Shown here: piece by piece, positions 56,784 to 64,000 of the stretch
Layout: the number at the start of each line of letters is the position of its first letter
Numbering within the stretch: position 1 is the stretch's first letter
From: Histomonas meleagridis 2922-C6/04-290x
Taxonomy: Eukaryota > Protista > Parabasalia
Length of the DNA stretch: 64,000 bases
Assembly (NCBI GenBank): GCA_020184695.1
Contig: JAANOX010000098.1
Coordinates: 1-64,000, forward strand
Direction: 5' to 3'
Position numbers and translations under genes: made by a program
The notes under the pieces: generated by a model
Told to the model about the DNA's origin: nothing
The model's input: the letters and a program-made list of their open reading frames with translations, nothing else
Database searches by the model: none

Positions 56784-58454
56784 TTACAATATTTTTCTTT
56801 CTATTTCTCCGATTTGTGGGTTACTTTCCACTAATGCCATTACAATCATTATCATTATTGCTCGTTTACTTCTTGTTGCTGCCAACTGCACAACCAGTGT
56901 CAAGAATGTGTACACATTGAAAATAATTATTTCCTGTCCTCGTACACCATTAGTGCACTGTGGACAAACAAGTGATACAATTGTCGCGTATATAAAAGGC
57001 GCAATGTGTGGATGTTTATTGTTTATTAATACGAAAACAAAAAACAGTCGGACGTTATCACCATATGCATAGTAATCAAATAAAAGCCCAATGCGCTTGG
57101 GAGTTATTATGTCGCTGGATATATCAATAGGATCACGAAGAATGAATTCGTGTAAAGGTGTAAGAAATCTGGGGAATATAGAGTAAAGAATTAAGGTTAG
57201 AAATAGCTGTGATAAAAGAAGTAATGCTTTGTGAAGTATTGTAGGTGTTGGACCAAATATGAAATTAATTAAATTAATTCCAAAAAAGATATATGGCATA
57301 ACTGTGGCGTTTGTGAATATATGGAAAGACTACAGATGAGTAATGAAAATAAAAAAGGAATTAAGAAGCTTAAATTGTTTCGTTTATGAAATGATAATTC
57401 AACGGAAAATGGTATTGATAAAAAAAGAAATTAACAAAAAAAAAACTGCTTGATTTGTTGTGGAGAAAATCTGTGTAATTTTTGTCTAAAAAGATAAGAG
57501 GTGATAACAAAGTGGATGCTAAAGCATCATCAACAAAAAAACGAATAGAAATATTACCAATTAAAGCTGAAATGTATCTAATGAATATTCATTCCTTTTA
57601 TTTCTTGCTGTATATTGTAAAAGTCAAGACCAATAAAAAATATATTTGAAAAATCAAATTCAATTTTCGAAAGGAAAAAATATGTTATTGCGAGCAAGAG
57701 TGCAAGAAGTTGATAGAAAATTTCTTTATGAACAAAATGATTTTTGATTTCATTTATACTTAAAAAAAATAAAATGGATGTGGTGTTCGTTTATGTATTT
57801 TTTTGATGCTAAGAATATCTTATGCAAATCTTAGCATATATATTTTGCCAATCAATTTACATTGTGCAATATGCAACAGATAAGAATATAACAGCAGATA
57901 AGGACATCAACAATTTGTATAAATACAGGCAGTTTAATTTTGCTTATAGATTAATGAATACATGAAAATTCCGCACTGATAATTGAAGTCAAGATCTAAC
58001 CAAAACAAAAATTCGCATTAAAGTTTAATGTACATATACTTTTTCCATTATATCATGTAGGCGATAAATTTTGGTTGAAAGTTAAAGTATTTGATGCTTG
58101 GTGTTCAAGTATTTGAAGAAAAGATAATAGATCCTAAAAGTTCATAGTCCCAAATTTATTGGAGGTGTAGTGAAATAAGAAAAAAATTTACCAAATCGAG
58201 TTAAGAAGTAACACTTTTGCTAAATTGTAATTGTCATTTTCAATGGACTTTTATAAAAGTATTGGACCAATATAAAACTGAGGATGAAGCCTCAATGGTA
58301 TATATATTTCACATGGTTTATCACCAAAGAATTGATTGAGGAGAAATTTCATAATGTTAATTTTAAAATTTGGAAATATGATTTGTGGTACCACTTTGGA
58401 ACTTTTCCCGGGTTTCTTTGTCAAGTTGCCGCAGTTTGCTGCTTCATTTTTCAT
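56784..58454 (-). pseudogene. Disrupted multi-pass membrane protein gene
   Basis: Open 5' piece (MKNEAANCG.., 58454-58251) and 3' piece (57299-56784), with hydrophobic fragments in shifting frames between them. Confidence 0.5.
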
Positions 58455-58569
58455 TAATTTTTGTTTTTTAAAATTGCAGCAAATAAACGGTCGACTCAAA
58501 TATCCATTAAAATTGCATACATCAACACCCCTCATTACAAATATCAATACGAATAGTCTTTATTCACAA

Positions 58570-59460
58570 ATGATTGATGATTTTTTGAATGGAAAGCAAC
58601 CAACCTCGACTGAAGTCAAATTCATCATTGACGAGGCAACCAAAATATTTCATAGCGAACCAAATGTCCTTAAAATATTTCCTCCTCTTGTTTTGTGTGG
58701 GGACATACATGGAAAACTTAGTGATTTACATGAAATATTAAAAACATCAGGATCACCACCAATCACTCGATATCTTTTTCTTGGCGACTATGTTGACCGT
58801 GGGGATCAAAGTGTTGAGGTTTTAATGGTTATTTGTATACTCAAGATCATGTATAAAGATTCATTTTTCATGATCCGTGGCAATCATGAATCAATGTCAA
58901 TTACAGAAGTCTATGGTTTTCGCAACGAAGTTCTCCGCAAGTATGGTTCTGAATCCTTATATCAATCTTTTGAATCTCTATTTAATTCCATTCCTCTTGC
59001 TGCTGTCATCAACAATGAGATTTTCTGTGTACACGGCGGCATCACAAGCCAAGCAGCAACCATTGAAGCGATTTCTCGATTAAACAGGTTCATCGATATC
59101 CCAAATACAGGTCCAATCTGCGAATTGTTATGGAACGATCCTATTGATGAAAACTGTGAATACATTGAATCTACTGACAGGAACATTGGGTCAATGTTTG
59201 GTATTGCTGCTACAGAAGAATTTTTTAAGGCTAATGGAATCAAAATGATAATTCGAGCGCATCAAACTAAGAAACTCGGATTCGAGTACTGCCAAAATGG
59301 GCGTGTGTTGACAGTATTTAGTGCATCTAATTATGAGAAAAATCTTAAGAATTATGGCGGAATAATTACTATTGATGAAAATATGAAAATAGATGAAATA
59401 TCTTTCCAAACACAACAAAAAAACACTGATATGGAGGCATTAAGTTCTTTTGTTTATTAA
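58570..59460 (+). CDS. Ser/Thr protein phosphatase, PPP family
   Basis: GDIHG, GDYVDRG, RGNHE, HGG, RAHQ, FSASNY. Probable ATG 58570 (open frame from 58336). Confidence 0.95.
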   Translation: MIDDFLNGKQPTSTEVKFIIDEATKIFHSEPNVLKIFPPLVLCGDIHGKLSDLHEILKTSGSPPITRYLFLGDYVDRGDQSVEVLMVICILKIMYKDSFFMIRGNHESMSITEVYGFRNEVLRKYGSESLYQSFESLFNSIPLAAVINNEIFCVHGGITSQAATIEAISRLNRFIDIPNTGPICELLWNDPIDENCEYIESTDRNIGSMFGIAATEEFFKANGIKMIIRAHQTKKLGFEYCQNGRVLTVFSASNYEKNLKNYGGIITIDENMKIDEISFQTQQKNTDMEALSSFVY

Positions 59461-60104
59461 CTATTAAATATATTTTTTTTAATTTTGGCAGACATTTTGT
59501 ATACAAGATGTTACTATGGCGGTAAATAGATTTCTAATTGATCTGTTTTTTTTAAAAAAAAAGTTCTTTTATATTGAGCTTCGTAAGATTTTGCTCTAAA
59601 TGAAATCAAATTTTGCTCATATACGACCGTTTATTGTCCTTTTAATAATTCGCCGTTTTAATTATTTTTTCGTTATGGTATTGAATATGTTTGCGGTCTT
59701 TTGGCCTGAATTTTCAATAAAACCTTTTTTTCCATTTTTATCACTGAGTTTAAATATTCAACAACAAACTAATATGGATTTTGATTTTTTTTTTATTATG
59801 TGTCGATGTGAATCAATTTTGATTTTGTTTTTAATCTAAAAGAAGGTAATTTTTCCAAATGGTCATTTTTTTGAAGTTTGTATATTCATGTCAGTGAATG
59901 CCTCCAAAAAATCCCAGTTATGTGTTCCTCCATTTTTTCGAAAATTAATGACTTATGATTGACTTTTTTCATGGGTTAATCTTTAGCGTTCATTATTTAA
60001 AAAGTGCAACTTTTTCGTGTTTTTCAATATTTCTTAAGAAAATTCAATTTCGCATATTGAATCCTCAGAAATATTAGCGATTTGTGATTATTCGAATATA
60101 ACCA

Positions 60105-62588
60105 ATGAGCATATCAGCACATGTTTCTTCATCACTCTCCAAATACATTGTAAAGCTAAGTGATTTTCGCCTTGGTAAGACACTTGGTGCAGGACCAAGT
60201 GGAGAGGTTATCTATGCATTTCATTCACCTACTGGAAAAATTTGTGCTATCAAGAAACTTATCTTACGAAAACTTGAGGGAAAACATCTTAAGCAATTCT
60301 GTAGAGAGCTTGAAGTTCTTGTTCGTCTCGATCATCCAAACATTCTTCCTTTCATGGGATGGACATCTAAATTCCCTTATGCAATTGTTACGGAATTTGC
60401 AGAAAATGGAAGTCTCTATGCTGCTTTACGTCAGAAAAAGCATACAAAATTAACACCAACAATGAAAACAAAAATTGCCATCGGAATTGCAAATGGAATG
60501 GCATATCTTCATCAAAAAGGAATCATGCATAGAAATCTAAAGTCGTCAAATGTTCTTTTAAATAGGAACTATGTTCCAATGATTGGTGATTTTGGATTAT
60601 CAAGAGATGAAAGTGACGAAGCTCAATTTATGACAAAGGAAGTTGGAAGCCCTCATTGGATGGCGCCAGAATTGTTTGTTGGAGGCAAATATGACAACAA
60701 AGTTGATGTTTATTCATTCGGAATTTTACTCTGGGAAATGCTCACTGAGACCACACCATTCCATGGTTTAAGTGGGTTAGAAATTGGAGCAGCTGTTACC
60801 AAGCAAAATCTTCGACCACAATTTCCATCTGATACTCCCAAACAATTTTCCCAATTTATTGAAGATTTATGGCAAGCTGATCCAACCAAGCGTCTAACAT
60901 TTTCGCAAATTCTCAGGCGCTTTACGCATAAGAAAGTTATGTTTCCTGGAACAAATGTCAATGATATTGATCTCTTTCTTAACAATGACTTTAAACCAAC
61001 GCCAGCGTCATCAAGTAAAGAGAAACCCAAAGAAAGGCCAGCACCACTTTCTAGTCAAGCCGCCAAAATTGCGCATAAGAAGAAACAAATATCGCCAGAT
61101 GATGAAAGTAACTTTACCACACAACAACGACGTCACATGAGGCGTGAAGCGCAGCAAGCGTTACTTGATCCTACATCGTACTTCGACAAGTTGCCTGATC
61201 CGACTTCACCCGATTTTGAGAGCAAATTCAAACTTCTTATCGGCATCACAACCGTCGACAATGCGTCACTTTTCTTCCGTACGATAGAGCCTCTCTTCAA
61301 GAAGCGTACTATTCCTGATCAGACGATGGTTCTCATATTAACCGAGTTAAACAAGCTTATACGACAAGACGACCACATCTTACAAGAATTTGTTGATAGT
61401 GGTATATATACCAAGTTATCATTTAATCATTTATTTGCATTAATTACAATGAAGATTTTATTATATACAACATCAAAGATACCACAAGCTATAGACACCA
61501 AATTACTTAAGAAGATTAATCCATATTTATCAACATATTCACGACCATTAGTTCGAATCTTATCGAATAGTTTAATAGTTTTTGATAAAGTTTCAAATAA
61601 TTGGGAAGTCGCTGATTATATTATCTCTAATTCGGAACAATTATTATTTGCAGGTATTGAGTTATGTCAATCGTTACATTATTTATGTCAACAATATCCC
61701 CAATTTGCGCAATATCGACTTGAATATGTTATACCTATTATGATCAAATTATTAGAATCTGAAGACATTGAAATTGTTAAGAATGCGTATAGTTTTATCT
61801 GTGATTTCTTTGATACTAATACATTAATACCAATCAATATATTAGTCCAACATTTACAAAATCGACAACTTCAAGATTACGTAATTTCATATTTATTACG
61901 TCAACAAGATTCTTCATTTGTTAATGACGAATTAATTAACGCATTAATATCATTATTATCAACACGTCAAGAATCAATATATATCATCTACAATTACATA
62001 TGCAGAGATAAGCGTATACAACAAGGATTAGTTAACTTCCCTTGGAACGAAACTACAATACCATTACAACATCGAATTGGGATTTTATGTTTATTATTAT
62101 GTGAAAATGATAACATTGAACCGATCTCGAAATCAAATGGAATATGTCAATTGTTGACCGAAATCGTCGAAATGAATCAAGTAGAGTCAATCGAAATGGT
62201 GATACAAATCGTATTTAAGATCGGGAAAGTGAACCCGAAGTTTTACGAGTCGTTAAGCGACGCGCAGTTCTTCCAAAGCTACTTGAAGAAGGTCCCAATG
62301 CTAAACAGCGGAGTCGCAGTGAAGACGTCGTTGACACTCATCGACTTGATCTCGCGGACGTGCTTCGTGGAGGACTTCCTGCTGTACGTCCCGTACATGA
62401 TACAGCTCGTGGCGCAGGTAAGCGACTACACATTGCCGAGCCTCTCTGCACTGGCAACGCTCAGCGTGCACAGAAAGAGCGTAGCAGTGCTGAGGAACTA
62501 CGGAATAGAAAGATACCTCGAGCAGCTCGAGAAGTACGCAAACATGACCCCGTACGTGAACATTATAAAGAGATCATTACAGCAGTGA
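60105..62588 (+). CDS. TKL-family protein kinase (HRD>HRN, possible pseudokinase) with helical C-terminal region
   Basis: LGAGPSGEV, AIKKL, HRNLKSSNVLL, DFG, HWMAPE, DVYSFGILLWEM. Confidence 0.9.
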   Translation: MSISAHVSSSLSKYIVKLSDFRLGKTLGAGPSGEVIYAFHSPTGKICAIKKLILRKLEGKHLKQFCRELEVLVRLDHPNILPFMGWTSKFPYAIVTEFAENGSLYAALRQKKHTKLTPTMKTKIAIGIANGMAYLHQKGIMHRNLKSSNVLLNRNYVPMIGDFGLSRDESDEAQFMTKEVGSPHWMAPELFVGGKYDNKVDVYSFGILLWEMLTETTPFHGLSGLEIGAAVTKQNLRPQFPSDTPKQFSQFIEDLWQADPTKRLTFSQILRRFTHKKVMFPGTNVNDIDLFLNNDFKPTPASSSKEKPKERPAPLSSQAAKIAHKKKQISPDDESNFTTQQRRHMRREAQQALLDPTSYFDKLPDPTSPDFESKFKLLIGITTVDNASLFFRTIEPLFKKRTIPDQTMVLILTELNKLIRQDDHILQEFVDSGIYTKLSFNHLFALITMKILLYTTSKIPQAIDTKLLKKINPYLSTYSRPLVRILSNSLIVFDKVSNNWEVADYIISNSEQLLFAGIELCQSLHYLCQQYPQFAQYRLEYVIPIMIKLLESEDIEIVKNAYSFICDFFDTNTLIPINILVQHLQNRQLQDYVISYLLRQQDSSFVNDELINALISLLSTRQESIYIIYNYICRDKRIQQGLVNFPWNETTIPLQHRIGILCLLLCENDNIEPISKSNGICQLLTEIVEMNQVESIEMVIQIVFKIGKVNPKFYESLSDAQFFQSYLKKVPMLNSGVAVKTSLTLIDLISRTCFVEDFLLYVPYMIQLVAQVSDYTLPSLSALATLSVHRKSVAVLRNYGIERYLEQLEKYANMTPYVNIIKRSLQQ

Positions 62589-63525
62589 AATAATGTGTAA
62601 GTGAGTAAATAATTTTCTGATATATAAATCGTTAAAAGGAAAATAGAAGTAAGTGTGACATGTTCAATGTTCAGACGTATTGCGGAGTTTGATGGTTTGT
62701 TATGTGTTTGTATGTTTTTGTAGTCTTTGTGTTGATTCATTGGATATTGCATTAAACTGAACTGATAATTTATTACATTGTCACTTTTGATGTAAAATTA
62801 CAAAATCCAGAAAAATAAAATGTACGTTTATTCATGACGGTTTAAAGTGAAGGTGTACTGGTAATGGTCATATGAGTCTCCACTTCATGGTTATAGCTGT
62901 GCTTGATGCTGATAATGATATAAAAAAGTTGCACTTGCTTCCTTGTGGTTAGTTATATCCTCTAATAGTAAAATTGATTGGCAATATTTTTGAATGTTTA
63001 ATCGGCCTGTCAAAGGGTTAGTTTTAACTGTAAATCATCTGAAAATGGGATTGGTTGTTTTTATCGTTCTATCAAAAAGTTTGATCAAACCATCAATTTG
63101 AAGCCGTTTATTTGATTGTTTTGAATAAGTGACGTGTTTATATTTCCCATAAAATGTTGGGAACTTTCATGTTGGTAACATTGCAAATGACAATTAGAGA
63201 TTATTCTTATAAGTATACATACAATTTTACACAAAATATAACAAAAGAAAATTCTCATATTGCCAACATAAGCATGCAAAAAAAAATTTTCTGTCATATC
63301 TACTTAGATGTATTTTTTCAAGAATCATATATTTTTCATTCTGTTAAGAGTTTTAGTTCGCAAAAATTACTTGTTTATTTCAAACAATTGAGAAAATATT
63401 TATCTTTTCTTTTTTCATCTTTGTTTTTTTATATATTTTCATTGATATTAATATTCATAATTTATATATTGACAAAATATGACTTAATTAAACATCATAT
63501 CAAAGTGAAAACGAATGTAAAATTT

Positions 63526-64000
63526 ATGTTCATTATATTTATTTTCTTTTTTTCTCATTCAATACAATTTTTTGATAATGAAACATTAACATTAACTATC
63601 ACTAATTCGAGTGAATTTACAGATGATTATCAAAGTAATACGAAGCATGTTAACATATCATATGGAATAACTTCAATTCCAAATCGTGCTTTTTCTCAAT
63701 GGAGTTCATTGATTACAGCTGTGATTAGTGACACTGTAACTTCAATTGGATCATATGCATTTTCTTATTGTGATAAATTAGAAAATATTTCATTTGGTAG
63801 AAATATTACAAATATTGGAGAATATGTATTTGAATCTTGTTCTTCATTACAGAATGTAACAATTAAAAGTCCTCTCACAACAGTTGGACAAAATGTTTTT
63901 ATTAGATGTACTTCTCTTCAAAGTGTATTTTTAGGAGAAGGTGTTCAAACATTGGGATCTTTTCTATTTCAATATTGTAATAATCTTAAAGATGTTATAA
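63526..64000 (+). CDS. BspA-like LRR protein, 5' part (runs off the window)
   Basis: MFIIFIFFFSHSIQFFDNETLTLTITNSSEF..GITSIPNRAFSQW.., paralogous to the gene starting at 11588. Confidence 0.85.
   Translation, partial: MFIIFIFFFSHSIQFFDNETLTLTITNSSEFTDDYQSNTKHVNISYGITSIPNRAFSQWSSLITAVISDTVTSIGSYAFSYCDKLENISFGRNITNIGEYVFESCSSLQNVTIKSPLTTVGQNVFIRCTSLQSVFLGEGVQTLGSFLFQYCNNLKDVI

Noticed and set aside
13426-58336. TTG/GTG start codons in the ORF track (13426, 15607, 28004, 34215, 38707, 43079, 44753, 58336)
   Set aside because: Eukaryotic context; in-frame or frameshift-linked ATGs give better starts.
1-64000. tRNA, rRNA or telomeric repeats
   Set aside because: None recognised by eye; tRNAscan-SE or Infernal would be needed to exclude them formally.

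Overview
Eukaryotic, AT-rich, gene-dense DNA, most likely from a parabasalid (trichomonad). This rests on BspA leucine-rich surface proteins, DUF3447/ankyrin genes, a TKL kinase and CCTTT/ACGGTT promoter motifs. Housekeeping genes (RPS6, UBL-RPS27A, alpha-SNAP, Rab6-like, syntaxin-6-like, choline transporter-like, TBC GAP, DAW1, HAD phosphatase, PPP phosphatase) alternate with expanded accessory families and decayed DNA. The main discovery is in the ankyrin genes. Four DUF3447-ankyrin genes and two orphan fragments carry an AT-rich insert at the same position in nearly every ankyrin repeat, between the ...INAKD codon and the TAL codon. I measured 41 such spacers by hand and 28 are exactly 80 nt, giving a 170-nt period. 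The inserts contain stops and frameshifts and share a conserved ATTTCAAAAT-AAT-ATTTGGAAAT hairpin-like motif. They have no GT-AG ends or ACTAAC branch point, while the 30-codon ankyrin blocks between them stay open. Removing 71 nt from an 80-nt spacer restores the canonical 33-aa ankyrin period. This suggests an unrecognised class of non-canonical introns or another excision or recoding mechanism. It is an inference that needs RNA or peptide data. Other observations: a 599-nt antisense gene fragment inserted with a perfect 20-bp target-site duplication, a mariner remnant, BspA duplicates, sharp GC shifts within genes, and a heavily disrupted first ~8 kb (pseudogenes or low-quality assembly). 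All counts are manual and no database searches were run.
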